Positions 38,097 through 51,337 of a DNA stretch of 64,000 bases are shown piece by piece. Numbering within the stretch: position 1 is the first letter of the stretch; each line of letters starts with the position of its first letter. The notes under the pieces were generated by a model. That model was given only the letters and a program-made list of their open reading frames with translations, was not told where the DNA came from and ran no database searches. The stretch is from Haliotis rubra (lineage: Eukaryota), in contig NW_025766002.1 in assembly GCF_003918875.1 (NCBI RefSeq), forward strand, positions 7,006,001 to 7,070,000, given 5' to 3'. Both the position numbers and the translations under genes were made by a program.

Positions 38097-38349
38097 TCTA
38101 GTCTTCTTGCTGTCAAATTACCATCTCAGTGAATTATTCAATGCTGGCTAAAACTTAAACTATTCACACTGCACTCAACAATGTTCAAGGTATGTAGTAG
38201 TTGGCTTCACATGATAAAATCTTTACTAGACAGTCCAGTGTTTAAGATTATGAGCATATTCACCAATGCTGTCCATAAAATCCATTTAGACTTCTTTTAC
38301 CAAAGTAGGTGAGAGCTATTCAATGCTGGAACCTCCAAAATTGGCTGTT

Positions 38350-38547
38350 GAGTGGGTGAGTGAGTCAGTTTAGTTTTATGCCGCACTCAGCAATATTCCA
38401 GCTATATGGCGGCGGTCTGTAAATAATCGAGTCTGGACCAGACAATGCAGTGATCAACAGTGATCTGTGCAATTGGGAACCAATGACGTGTCCACCAAGC
38501 CAGCGAGCCTGACCACCCGATCCCGTTAGTCTTTTATGAAAAACATG
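38350..38547 (-). mobile_element. SINE family B, 5'-truncated
   Basis: Near-consensus body; flanked by tggctgttgag direct repeats. Confidence 0.92.
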
Positions 38548-38589
38548 GCTGTTGAGAGGGTTTGTGAATGTTTGTTTTTTGTTTAATTG

Positions 38590-38795
38590 TTTGTTATTTA
38601 ATGTTGCACTGACGGCAGCACTCAGCAACTATATGATGGGGACAGTCAGTCTTGACCAGACAATCCAGTGACTGACGTTATGAGACACAATTGGGGTACA
38701 ATGACATCAGCCAAAACACCAAGCCTGACCATCCATTCCTGTTAGTCATTTCTTACAACAAGCATGGGTTACTGAAGACCAATTCTAACCCAGGG
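38590..38795 (-). mobile_element. SINE family B, older copy
   Basis: accagacaatccagtgactg...gcatgggttactgaagaccaattctaaccc. Confidence 0.85.
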
Positions 38796-41789
38796 GTGTT
38801 GTTTGTGAATGAATATGGAGATTGATTGATACACAGTCAGCCTTGCCACGCAGTCAACATTACATTCTAGCTTTAGCTCATCCTCTATTAAAATAGTCTA
38901 GTGCCAAATGAAAACCTGCATTCACTCACCTCTGTTGCCAAAATTATTGTCTGAAAACCTGAAAACAGAGTCCTTTCTCATTCAAACATTTTAGTTAAAA
39001 GCTGTGGTCAATATTTAGCAACATGTATGTTGACCAACAAGCATTTCCGTGCTTCACTGATTCAAATGTATACATATTTTATAGTGTACTTTTAAATTTA
39101 GTTTCAAACTGTAAAACTACTAAAAAATGAATCTAGGGCCCAATATTTCATATTTCGAATACATTTACAAAATATGTCTTTCACTTCTAAATGAGGCCAA
39201 TAGAGAAGTACAAATAACTCTTTGGGCATAATGTTTGAAAACTATTGCTCTATTCCACTTAACTAAAAATACTTTTGAAAAACATCGTTTGCTATTGTGT
39301 TTTGGTAGAATATCTGTAAACCACTCCAATTACCATAAGCATCGATACCCAAGATCTGGAGACAATGTCTTGTAGTAATTAATCCTGGGTTCTAATGGAA
39401 TATACAGCCCAGTGTCTATCAAACTTCTGACAATTCTGCCCAACACTAATGAAATAATGGCCAAGTAGAGCTGTTTCTCCCTCCCATAACTACAGAGAAC
39501 CAAGGATGGAAACCTGATACTCATTGATCCAAAAATACATGTATACAGCTTCTCCCTCCCCATCCCTCCCCCCATGACCCCACCCATCCCTCCCTCAAGC
39601 ATCAGGACAATGTCAAGCCAGGTATAAATCTTCATGTTTCGAAAATCATTTCCACTACTCCGAATGAAGCTGGTAGTATAAACTTCTAGATGATAGGTGC
39701 TTCCATCAGGATAATTACAGGATCAGGTTTGTGGAGAAGAATGATTCACAATGTCGTTTGTATGCTACAGTTGTGATGGTCTCGGTTTAAAGCAGAATTA
39801 TTCAGCTAATTAAAACATGAGACCGTTCTGATCATTTCTCTCCTTAAATTGATATATTTTTGAGATTCAAGATCATATGTTCTGTTCTGCAGTCTCATGA
39901 CTTGCTTTGGAATTGTTTTCATTTTAATATTTTTTCATGAGATTTTATGAGGTTTTGTCTAAATGTTAAATGTCAATCGTCTTTGGATATCAGAAGGGTC
40001 AACTTGAACAAATGTCTTGATTTTCGGAGCCAAAGGTGAATTTAATCACTCAACATTATTCAGTCTCTCTCATACTGTCTATTATATTACACAATCAAAA
40101 TAATATTTGAAAAAGAATTTTCAAAGAATTATTGCCTTCAAATCATCTTCTTGAAAATATTATCAAAAAGAATAAAAAGTGCTACAATGGGAATATCAAT
40201 TTATATTCTTGTGTGTGTAAAACTCATTGACATTGTTTTTCCTTAATAAATATAAATATGATTTTTACACTTTTGAGTTCAGACCAACATTTTTAAACAA
40301 TATGACAATAGAACATTGAATACTTGTCATAGCATGTCCAGATTTCAATTCAAATACCCTGAAAATATTTGACAAAAAATACAAACTTGATATTAGGGAT
40401 GTTATCAAATTTTCAAAATTGTTTAAAATAAATAATCTGACCAAAATATCATTTTGAAAGATGAGAACGTTTCACCTCAGCTGCGAGTGACACTTTGGAC
40501 AATACAACGTATCAATACAACTGGATTATCACAGAGCCTTGTGCTCAGTTTCAGAGCAAATCCATTCATCCTTTGTCTATGAGAGCCTTAGGGCAACGAG
40601 GTCCATTCCAAATATTATCTCAGTCGGGTTCCCGTGTCTATCTGCTAAGAACTACTATAGGCCCTAATTTGCACTTAAGCTAGACCAAACTGATTGGAAG
40701 CCCAAAGCCTCATGCAATATTTATTATTAAGGGATAATCAATCAAGTTAAATATTTCATCCCTGACTGGCATTATGATGTTCTACAATTACCTATTGACA
40801 ACTCCCGGAAGTAATTGCCAATTGTACCTTGAGCGGTCACATGATGAGGCGGTGATATTGTCGCTCTTGACTCAGATGCCAAGTCAGCCAAGCGAGACGT
40901 GCTCCGGTGCAGCTAAAGTATCCCTCATGAGTCATGAACATCCAGCTATGGCTGATTGCCTGAAATCCTGTCATTCTGCAAAATTAATGACCAAAAATGA
41001 TAAATGAAAAAATGGTCTCTTTTATTTCATGGCTGGCGGTTGTCATTGACCTAATTTGGTCCAAAGTGTCAATTTTGTACTGATATTAATAACATTAGCT
41101 TCAATCAGTTTTGGTCTCTCGTCTACGTCGTTATAACAGTTTGAAATTGACCACTTCCTTGATTGCAGTCTCCTCCATTTCAGGTTAATTATAATTATTA
41201 ATACCATCTTTGGCTGCTATAACTGACAATACCATGTGTATTCATACATACTTGTTGTTTTAAAATATTAACAAAGTTCGATCAGTTCATTGTGTCAATT
41301 AGTTCCGTTAATGAAATAAATGTTATACTTTGTTGACACTCACATACATTTCATATTCTGTTGAGTTAATACATATCAAACTATTATTCCACACAAAAGT
41401 TCCATGAGATCAGATAAAATCTAGTTATTGCAAATCGTCTATATTAAACTTCCGACAGACAATAAATCTTGTAACAGCCTGGCAGCTGATTAATCCTGTG
41501 TATATGCATGCGTGTCCATGAACATGATAATGACGAGGCATGAGTTGAAATTTACGTGCATTATGGATGTTATCACACATCTGGGATGGAAATTTACATA
41601 TTATCTACACAGTTTAGATTGCATTTGCATTGAACTGACAATAGAGTATATCTGGTTCATATGAAATGTGCAAAGGCAGCTTGGATGAAGTTAATGCTAC
41701 ACCTTTATCAAATGACTCATGAATGACACATTGTCTATTACAGTTTCAGTCAGTTACTAATCATACTTACTGAATCGTACGCAATATTT

Positions 41790-41935
41790 GATGAGCTAAG
41801 TGTGAACTTGTATCAGCTGGCGATTTAAAGGTGCCTGGCTCTGAGGGTGTGGGTTCAAATCCTGGATGGGACTCAACCCGACAAAAGTACTAGAATCTGT
41901 ACTTTATTGACAAAGTGTAATCCCAAATATAACAT
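41790..41935 (+). mobile_element. Degenerate tRNA-like (SINE) sequence
   Basis: B-box-like gtgtgggttcaaatcc; no clean cloverleaf. Confidence 0.3.
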
Positions 41936-42305
41936 GTGTTACAGCTGTTGACATAGTTGGCAGTTCTGTCAACACCTGATTGTTTACTGTGCATGGAATC
42001 GTTATAAAACAATCATCAGTATTGATTTAGTATTGATGAATTATCATATCTGTCGTGTATGTCCCGCTGCTAACTGTCTTATCAGTCACTAGTGACTAAT
42101 AACATGAAAACATGCTGTCATCGTGACTAACAACGTGTTATGACCGATTGATTGCTGACAGCATTGGTACATGCATATACTAAATAGAAGTTATAGAGCA
42201 CTGAATGTTTTACATATGTCTACGGTAATCAGTCACATCTAGAGACATGAAAATATAAGGTGTTCTATGACTTCGGGTCAGTCTTAAAGTTTCTTCTGAA
42301 ACAAG

Positions 42306-42520
42306 GGGCGGTGGGGTCCCCACATGGGGGTAGCCTAGTGGTGAAAGCATTCGCTCGTCACATTGAAGACCCATGTTCGAATCCCACATGGGTTCAATGC
42401 GGGGACACCAGAAATGAAGCTTCACACATTAATACCCAAAGTGCATTTCTAGTGTTCCTCGCCAAAATATTACATATGTAATATGAAAAGATACAAAACT
42501 AAACTCATTCACTCACTCAC
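42306..42520 (+). mobile_element. SINE family A, rearranged variant
   Basis: 14-bp TSD tcttctgaaacaag, (actc)n tail, and an internal segment in inverted orientation. Confidence 0.85.
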
Positions 42521-42584
42521 TCTTCTGAAACAAGCTGTTAGTTTGAGACTAAACACACACATCTACAAGTTTAATGAATATGAC

Positions 42585-42635
42585 TGACTGACTGAGTTTA
42601 GTTTTAAAATCCGCTTTTAGCAATATTCCAGCCTG
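42585..42635 (-). mobile_element. SINE 3' tail fragment
   Basis: gagtttagttttaaaatccgcttttagcaatattccagc. Confidence 0.7.
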
Positions 42636-42757
42636 TATAGCTATATAATATCAGGGCGGCAATGAATATGAAGTTTTCCCTTAAATGATAAATATGAAGA
42701 ATGATGAAAAGAAACAAACATTCTGTGAGATACTGGTGAGAAAGTACTGAGCTACTT

Positions 42758-43497
42758 ATAGAGAATACTACAAGAGATCTCATTACATACGAATTATACG
42801 AAACGAGTGTCCTTCCTATGGTATCTGACCGAGCGAAAGCGAGTGTCGTATAATTCGTATGTTATGAGACCGAGTGTGGTATTTTATTTATTACCCATGT
42901 CTTACATGCATTAAATTGACAAAATAGCGTATTTTTGTTATTGTTATGGTTTCAAACCGAAACCGGTTTCATAAAGAGGTTGCGGAAGAATGTTGTTCTG
43001 TAGTACACTTTTTGCATGACGTCACACTGTAATGACGTCACTATGCCTTGCTCGTCTGCCCCCTTGGTAACCGACATCACGATGCATGTCATTTGTCATC
43101 GCCTCGTACAGCCTCCTGCATTAAACTACTCTGTAGCACCCCGTTTCTTGGTTTGCGGTTGCTTCACTCGGCTAACCTCACTGGTGAAAACTTTGAGTTT
43201 ATGTTTTTCGATGCATATAATGCCTCAGTTCGACTCTCAATTAAACAGCGATATGGCAACGTTCGCAATGTTTACATTCCCACAATGCATATAAGTTGTA
43301 GTAGAATGAATGAATTCACGTGTTTGTTATGAATGAAAAAGTAGTTCCGTGACAACGTGACTTATATGAGTGGTCATCGGTTATCCAATCAAATCGCTAG
43401 AATCTCAGGTCAAGTTGTTACGACACAGGTCAACGCGATACGACACTCGTGTAACGTACGAGATTAGTATGCAACTACCCATACGTTGGGTAATAAA
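42758..43497 (+). mobile_element. Non-autonomous element with asymmetric inverted repeats (type X copy 3)
   Basis: 5' hairpin (ctcattacatacgaattatacga / tcgtataattcgtatgttatgag) abutting tttattaccca (42887) / tgggtaataaa (43487). TGACGTCA x2 at ~43017-43041; ccaatc at ~43385. Confidence 0.75.
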
Positions 43498-44767
43498 AAG
43501 CATTATGACTGCTGAGATACATTATGATTGCCAAGAGCCACAAAGTTTGTTATGTGGTATTCTTGAGAAACATCAGAATTATTACTTTGATGACAGGGGT
43601 ATTCTGTCTTGATACTTCTGTGATATTGTGAAACTGCATTAATAACTATATTAATAACTATGGACCATATTTTGTAAGTTGCTGTACTGGTACCAAATCA
43701 CATCACCATTCCAAGAACTTTTGGAACCATTAACAAAAAAATCATGGTTGTTGAATAACAACATATTCCATCACACATGGATAATCTAAACATTATCAGC
43801 TTTCAATCATATGTTCCATAACTCAATTCATGAAATCAAATTATTTGGCCAAGCTATTGCTTGAAGGGGAATAACTCTAGTTTGTGATTAGGCGCCAATG
43901 GCAACAATCAATAAACTGCGAAACAATTTCCCTCTACAAAATCGTAACAGAAGAGAAACTGATTGTTCGTTGTTTACCGGAATCAATGTCATGGTGATTG
44001 AATGCCACGATATGCATGATCTCACCTGGCATGCCTTTAGCTGACTCAGGTGACAACTAATTATTGGTAATGTCGATGGCAAATTGATGAGCATACATGT
44101 CACAGTTGTAATTTATGCAGCGCAAGAATGAATTCAGGGGTTAGTCATTGAGTGTGTCATAACCGCACTAGAATTACCAATTTTGGTCAAAGTCTTTTGC
44201 GAGAGAAATTGGTGATTAATATTGCCATGAGCTATCTGATTAGAATCAATATTGGCCGATGACTGTTTGTCGCGTTGATCTCTAATATTCAGAAATGTCA
44301 GAAACTGTAAGGATATTGGTTTAGTACAGGCTCTTTATTTTGGACGAAAAGAATATTTGAGGTGGAAGAGAAATGTAAACAATTATTTTTCTTTTAAAAT
44401 ATTAACATCAGTTTGAAATTTGTATCTACCTTGTCCAATAATTTCTCTCTGTCAACTAATATAATCATCATAATCAACAACAAATCATTAGTGGTTCATC
44501 AGGTATCTACATATGCAATCCACCTACAAATATATTAGCATCTGTTAAGACAGATACTAACCTCCAATAATCCATGTACATGACCAAATATACACCGATC
44601 TAAAACTTTTCTGGCCCAGCCATTCATCCAATTACGTATTCATCTTCTTGTCTGACTTTTCATCTGCTTAACAATTTGCTGATGCTAACATTCATTCACT
44701 AATTTGACCACCTGATAATCCCAGCATCTGTACCTTGACCAACAAAACTTCTGACACAAACTCTCAA

Positions 44768-45320
44768 ACATCTACCAGTCTATCAGTTGAGTCACTCATA
44801 CATCTACTGATCTAGTGATTCAGTCACTCATACATCTACTGATCTATCAGTTGAGTCTCTCATACATCTACTGATCTGTTGTTTCAGTCACTCATACATC
44901 TACTGATCTATTAGTTGAGTCTCTCATACATCTACTCATCTATCAGTTGAGTCTCTCATACATCTACTGATCTGTTGTTTCAGTCACTCATACATCTACT
45001 GATCTATTAGTTGAGTCTCTCATACATCTACTCATCTATCAGTTGAGTCGGTCATACATCTACTGATCTATCAGTTGAGTCACTCATACATCTACTGATC
45101 TATTGAATCAGTCACTCATACATCTACTAATCTATTGATTCAGTCACTCATACATCTACTAATCTATTGATTCAGTCACTCATACATCTACTAATCTATT
45201 GATTCAGTCACTCATACATCTACTCATCTATTGATTCAGTCACTCATACATCTACTAATCTATTGATTCAGTCACTCATACATCTACTCATCTATTCAAG
45301 TTCATACATCTACTAATCCA
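44768..45320. repeat. 32-34-bp minisatellite (tcagtcactcatacatctactaatctattgat), ~16 units
   Basis: Direct reading; two alternating unit variants. Confidence 0.95.
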
Positions 45321-45574
45321 CTATCTTCAATCTACTACTCCAAAATGTACTCATCCACTATCATTAAAACTAACTGTTTATACATCTACAAATCAATCAA
45401 TCTGAAATCTACTGAAAATCTAATCGAAGAATGCAGGCATCTAAAAATCTACGAATCCAATATCAACTAATATTTAACTGTCATATGTTTCTATCACCTG
45501 CTTATAGAACAATAAACTCTGTATCTATCTACATTGTATAAACATACTGACTAGTCCTTGTATTTCCATTGCAA

Positions 45575-45726
45575 GCAGTGGTGTGTGAAGTGGTTATAGT
45601 GTTTGCTCATCACACCGAAGGCCGAGTTCAATTCCCACATGAATGCAGTATGTGAAGCCCATCTCTCATCTCCCATACTGTGATATTGCTGGAATATTAC
45701 AAACAGCATCAAACCTCAAACACTCA
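45575..45726 (+). mobile_element. SINE family A, diverged
   Basis: agtggttatagtgtttgctcatcacaccgaagg...gatattgctggaatatt. Confidence 0.85.
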
Positions 45727-46332
45727 AGCCAGCCAGTTGCAATATTAATCTATCCATTGACAGATGTACAATTATTAAACTGAAATATGAAATAGATGTA
45801 TATGAGTTTAATGTCAATTTGCATTCAACAAAAAGTAGAAATTTGTTATGTGTGATTGCATTTTACACTCTATCAACATCAAAGGTGAAACTGATGTAGT
45901 TTATATTCTTCATAATTTCACCATTTGCATAAATTGATGTACTTTATCCACATCTCTAGAGTAATCATATATCAGGACTCAATTATTATGGTAATGTCGG
46001 CTGGAATTCAATATTAATATGGAAAAATATGAATTTCAGAACAATTCTTTAAATTTGTGTATTACACAATGGTTTAACTCTGCCAAAATCAATTAAGTAA
46101 TTTAGTCAGCGGTATATAGAGAAATTGTGACTCATATGCAATAGATTAGTGTCCATGTAAGACATTAATTAATGTTCACGCAGATGAATTAACAATTTAG
46201 GCTAAATTTTTCCCAAATTGTTTATGTGAAAAGTACTTTCTTTGTATGTAATCTCGCTTTGAACATAACAGTATGACATGGAATTCTGAAGATGGAGCAG
46301 ACAATGAAACCATTCCAGGATCAATTCGCTGC

Positions 46333-46418
46333 ATATATTTTACATGTATATTATTTTACATGCAGATGTTTTACATGCAGATATTTTATACGCAGATATT
46401 TTACATGCAGATGTTTTG
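46333..46418. repeat. 16-bp tandem repeat (atattttacatgcag-like) x5
   Basis: Direct reading of the sequence. Confidence 0.8.
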
Positions 46419-46502
46419 GTGACAAAATACCTACATTTGAAATCATCATATTTTTAAAATAAGATCGCATAATCATATTCGAATCCCAGACTGCAATATT
46501 GT

Positions 46503-46718
46503 CAGCATTCGAAATACCTGCCTGCCTGACTGCCCGGGACGGGTTATTTTCAACACGGACTGCCAGATTCTCAAATTCACCTGCCCGATGGTCGGGTTAA
46601 AATTTCAACATCTATATGAATATATTTTGTGGGCAGGTAAGTTTTGGTCAGGGCTGGCAAGTTTGACATCTAACCAGCCATGTGGTCTGACTGAAATTTA
46701 TGGGAGTTTCACACCCTG
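46503..46718. mobile_element. Degenerate hAT-like MITE
   Basis: Ends cagcattcgaaa / tttcacaccctg; internal ctgccc / gggcag subrepeats; atattgt on both flanks. Confidence 0.4.
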
Positions 46719-47317
46719 ATATTGTGTAAACAATTGCTACAATTCACTGAAACACTTCCAAATTTTTTAAGTCAATTTACCTGATGACACTAATGATGTA
46801 GATTTCATGTTGATTGACAGCACCAGAGTGTTCATTGCATCACAGATGCTGCTGTATATCCCCCTCGGTTGATATCATTGATTACATTTGCATATCACAC
46901 CATGCTATTGACATCTGTTATTGACAACATTTTGATATACAGTATTGTTGTGCCACATCCTATTAGAGTTGTGTCAAATTTAGTGTAACTTGAGCCTAAA
47001 GCCACTCATGCCATAAGTAATATTAAAAATGTGTTCTATTTGCATACTCTACTGTATTGATAACACCAATATGATACACATAATCAAATTACACATTTAA
47101 TTAAATGAAAACTGTGCATTTACCTGATGGTAATTTTAAAGCTAATTTTAAAAAATTATTGAATCTACTGGTTATTAATTTCTGAACAGATCATTGGATC
47201 ATTGTTCTTGTGAGAAAATATTTGTAGAATTGTTTGTTGATGGCTCAGAGACCAAAAGAGGAGGATTTATATGATTCTCAGTGTGTTTCTTCATACTAGT
47301 GAATTTCATGATAGTTT

Positions 47318-47450
47318 GGGGTGGGATAGCCTCGTGGTTAAAGCATTCACTCGTCATGTGAAGACCCGGGTTCATTTCCACATGGGTGCAATGTGTGAAG
47401 CCCATTTATGGTGTCCACTGCCATGATATTGCTGGAATATTGGTACAAGC
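47318..47450 (+). mobile_element. SINE family A running into the gap
   Basis: gatagcctcgtggttaaagcattcactcgtcatgtgaagacccgggttc. Confidence 0.9.
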
Positions 47451-47593
47451 NNNNNNNNNNNNNNNNNNNNNNNNNNNNNNNNNNNNNNNNNNNNNNNNNN
47501 NNNNNNNNNNNNNNNNNNNNNNNNNNNNNNNNNNNNNNNNNNNNNNNNNNNNNNNNNNNNNNNNNNNNNNNNNNNNNNNNNNNNNNNNNNNNN
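47451..47593. other. Assembly gap (N run)
   Basis: 143 Ns. Confidence 1.
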
Positions 47594-49064
47594 CAAATAA
47601 AGCTTTTTCAGAAGCTCCCATCACTTGTCTCAGATTTGACTTTGTTATTTGTAAACCTGAGTATCCCCAAACCAGAGCGTCTGACTGAGTTGGTTTTTAA
47701 CTTTGATGCAGCTTTGGGGAGTCTTGGGAGGACATCCAAAATGAGCTGAATACCACTTAGCAAACCCATGAGCATGGATATGGTGCTGAAAAACTGGGAT
47801 TCAAACCCATGATGATAAGTTCCTGGAGTGCCCAAGGTAGGCAACTCTGCACAGTGAAATACAATGCCTGAGACAAGTCAAACCTGCAAACCAAATGAAA
47901 TGAAAGACTACCATTATCTTTGTGTCAAATGAAATTAGACAAGATTCATTTTTTTCATATCTTATAATCTGAAAAAAATTATACTCAACTCTCATTAGGG
48001 GCAGGCATTAAAAGCATTTAGATAAATTGAAAATAATGATTTTATAATATCTGACACACATTTTAATGTTAATACAAGCAGAGTTGCTTTAACAAAGATT
48101 GACAAATATTAAAAGAGATATTCAGAAAAATTCACACTTGAACTCAATTTCATCTCCAAACTGGGTACAATTTCAACATAAAATGATAAAAAGCAGTTAA
48201 AATTAAATACATGAAACAATTCTTTACTGTGAAGATATATCACAAAGAGTGACCAGATGAAACAGTTATCAGGAAAGCTCCCAAGGACTCCTTCAAAAAT
48301 GGTAATTACACTGTGCATCCAAGAGCTGTGTGAAAATTATAATAGTTAAGTGTAATTACCGACTTGCTCAAAGATGGCAATTCATTCATTAGCAAACCTT
48401 AACGATAGCATTGGGGAAAAAAGTCGGAGCCTTGTACTGAAATTTTACGACCTAGGGAATTTTCCCGTTATGGTGTCGCCATCTGATTGTCACATTTTGG
48501 AGAAAGATGATTCTGCACTCTATCACACGTGACATCAATTGAATTTCTGGCTGAAATTTGCATAATTGTTCTCTGTAAAATTTGAATTATTTTGCCATTT
48601 TTTTAAATGAACTCGGACAATCAAAAATATAATGACACATTCTGCTGCTTGCATATTTTCAGTTACATAATTAAACTTGTCATTTATTGCATATGAGATA
48701 TGGTATGATTGGGGAAAAAACATGTTGTACCTATCATGGTGAGTGAGTGAGTCAATTCTAACATAAAATATTCAGTCATAATTTACAATTTATTAAACAC
48801 GTTGTTAAAAACAATAACATATTTTACATATACATCTCAGAATTCACCTGATGAAGTAGCAAAACGTTGCTCTGAAATGTCACAAAAAAGAATAAATGAA
48901 GTTGTTCTTCATAAATAGTGTCATGTATTCATGTTCTTCCAACTTTCAAGAGCATATCAGAGGGTCCATCACAGGAGGTTTCTGTGCAGAGCAAGGTTAC
49001 CTGTGGCTTAAACCATGCAAAATTTAATTGTTGCATTAAAGTTGAAATTTGGTGCCAGCAGCAG

Positions 49065-51337
49065 CTGACAGGATAAGGAGGTCAGGCTAACTGACAGGAC
49101 TGGGAGGTCAGGCTAACTGACAGGATTGCAGAAGTGGGAGGTTAGGCTAACTGACAGGATTGGGAGGTTAGGCTAACTGACAGGACTGGGAAGTCAGGCT
49201 AACTGACAGGACTGGGTGGTCAGGCTAACTGACAGGACTGGGGGTCAGTCAGGCTAACTGACAGGACTGGGAGGTCAGTCAGGCTCAGGCTACTGACAGG
49301 ACTGGGAGGTCAGGCTAACTGACAGGACTGGGAGGGTCAGGACTGGGAGGTCAGGCTAACTGACAGGACTGGGAGGTCAGGCTAACTGACAGGACTGGGA
49401 GGTCAGGCTAACTGACAGGACTGGGAGGTCAGGCTAACTGACAGGACTGGGAGGTCAGGCTAACTGACAGGACTGAGAGGTCAGGCTAACTCACAGGACT
49501 GGGAGGTCAGGCTAACTGACAGGACTTGGTGGTCAGGCTAACTGACAGGACTGGGAGGTCAGACTAACTGACAGGACTGGGAGGTCAGGCTAACTGACAG
49601 GACTGGGAGGTCAGGCTAACTGACAGGACTGGGAGGTCAGGCTAACTGACAGGATTGGGAGGTCAGGACTAACTGACAGGACTGGGAGGTCAGGCTAACT
49701 GACAGGACTGGGAGGTCAGGCTAACTGACAGGACTGGGAGGTCAGGCTTACTGACAGGACTGGGAGATCAGGCTAACTGACAGGACTGGGAGGTCAGGCT
49801 AACTGACAGGATTGGGAGGTCAGGCTAACTGACAGAACTGGGAGGGAGGTCAGGCTAACTGACAGGATTGGGAGAGTCAGACTCAGGCTAACTGACAGAA
49901 CTGGGAGATCAGGCTAACTGACAGGACTGGGAGATCAGGCTAACTGACAGGACTGGGAGGTCAGGCTAACTGACAGGACTGGGAGGTCAGGCTAACTGAC
50001 AGGACTGGGAGATCAGGCTAACTGACAGGACTGGGAGATCAGGCTAACTGACAGGACTGGGAGATCAGGCTAACTGACAGGATTGGGAGGTCAGGCTAAC
50101 TGACAGGACTGGGAGGTCAGGCTAACTGACAGAACTGGGAGGTCAGGCTAACTGACAGAACTGGGAGGTCAGGCTAACTGACAGGACTTGGGACTGGGAG
50201 GTCAGGCTAACTGACAGGACTGGGAGGTCAGGCTAACTGACAGGACTGGGAGGTCAGGCTAACTGACAGGACTGGACTGGGAGATCAGGCTAACTGACAG
50301 GACTGGGAGATCAGGCTAACTGACAGGACTGGGAGATCAGGCTAACTGACAGGATTGGGAGGTCAGGCTAACTGACAGGACTGGGAGATCAGGCTAACTG
50401 ACAGGACTGGGAGATCAGGCTAACTGACAGGATTGGGAGGTCAGGCTAACTGACAGGACTGGGAGATCAGGCTAACTCACAGGACTTGGAGGTCAGACTA
50501 ACTGATAAAACTGGGAGGTCAGGCTAACTGACAGGACTGGGAGGTCAGGCTAACTGACAGGACTGGGAGGTCAGGCTAACTGACAGGACTGGGAGGTCAG
50601 GCTAACTGACAGGACTGGGAGGTCAGGCTAACTGACAGGACTGGGAGGTCAGGCTAACTGACAGGACTGGGAGGTCAGGCTAACTGACAGGACTGGGAGG
50701 TCAGGCTAACTGACAGGACTGGGAGGTCAGGCTAACTGACAGGACTGGGAGGTCAGGCTAACTGACAGGACTGGGAGGTCAGGCTAACTGATAAAACTGG
50801 GAGGTCAGGCTCACTGACAGGACTGGGAGGTCAGGCTAACTGACAGGACTGGGAGGTCAGGCTAACTGACAGGACTTGGTGGTCAGGCTAACTGACAGGA
50901 CTGGGAGATCAGGCTAACTGACAGGACTGGGAGGTCAGGCTAACTGACAGGACTGGGAGGTCAGGCTAACTGACAGGACTGGGAGGTCAGGCTAACTGAC
51001 AGGACTGGGAGATCAGGCTCACTCACAGGACTGGGAGGTCAGGCTAACTGACAGGACTTGGTGGTCAGGCTAACTGACAGGACTGGGAGGTCAGGCTAAC
51101 TGACAGGACTGGGAGGTCAGGCTAACTGACAGGACTGGGAGATCAGGCTAACTGATAAAACTGGGAGGTCAGGCTAACTGACAGGACTTGGAGATCAGGC
51201 TAACTGACAGGACTGGGAGATCAGGCTTACTGACAGGACTGGGAGATCAGGCTAACTGACAGGACAGGGAGATCAGACTCACTGACAGGACTGGGAGGTC
51301 AGGCTAACTGATAAAACTGGGAGGTCAGGCTCACTGA
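49065..51337. repeat. 26-bp minisatellite (gactgggaggtcaggctaactgacag), ~85 units, inside a SINE B copy
   Basis: Period of 26 read directly; the unit aligns to SINE B actaacgggatcgggtggtcaggctcg. Confidence 0.97.

Noticed and set aside
47372-47749. ORFs spanning X residues
   Set aside because: Produced by the N gap.
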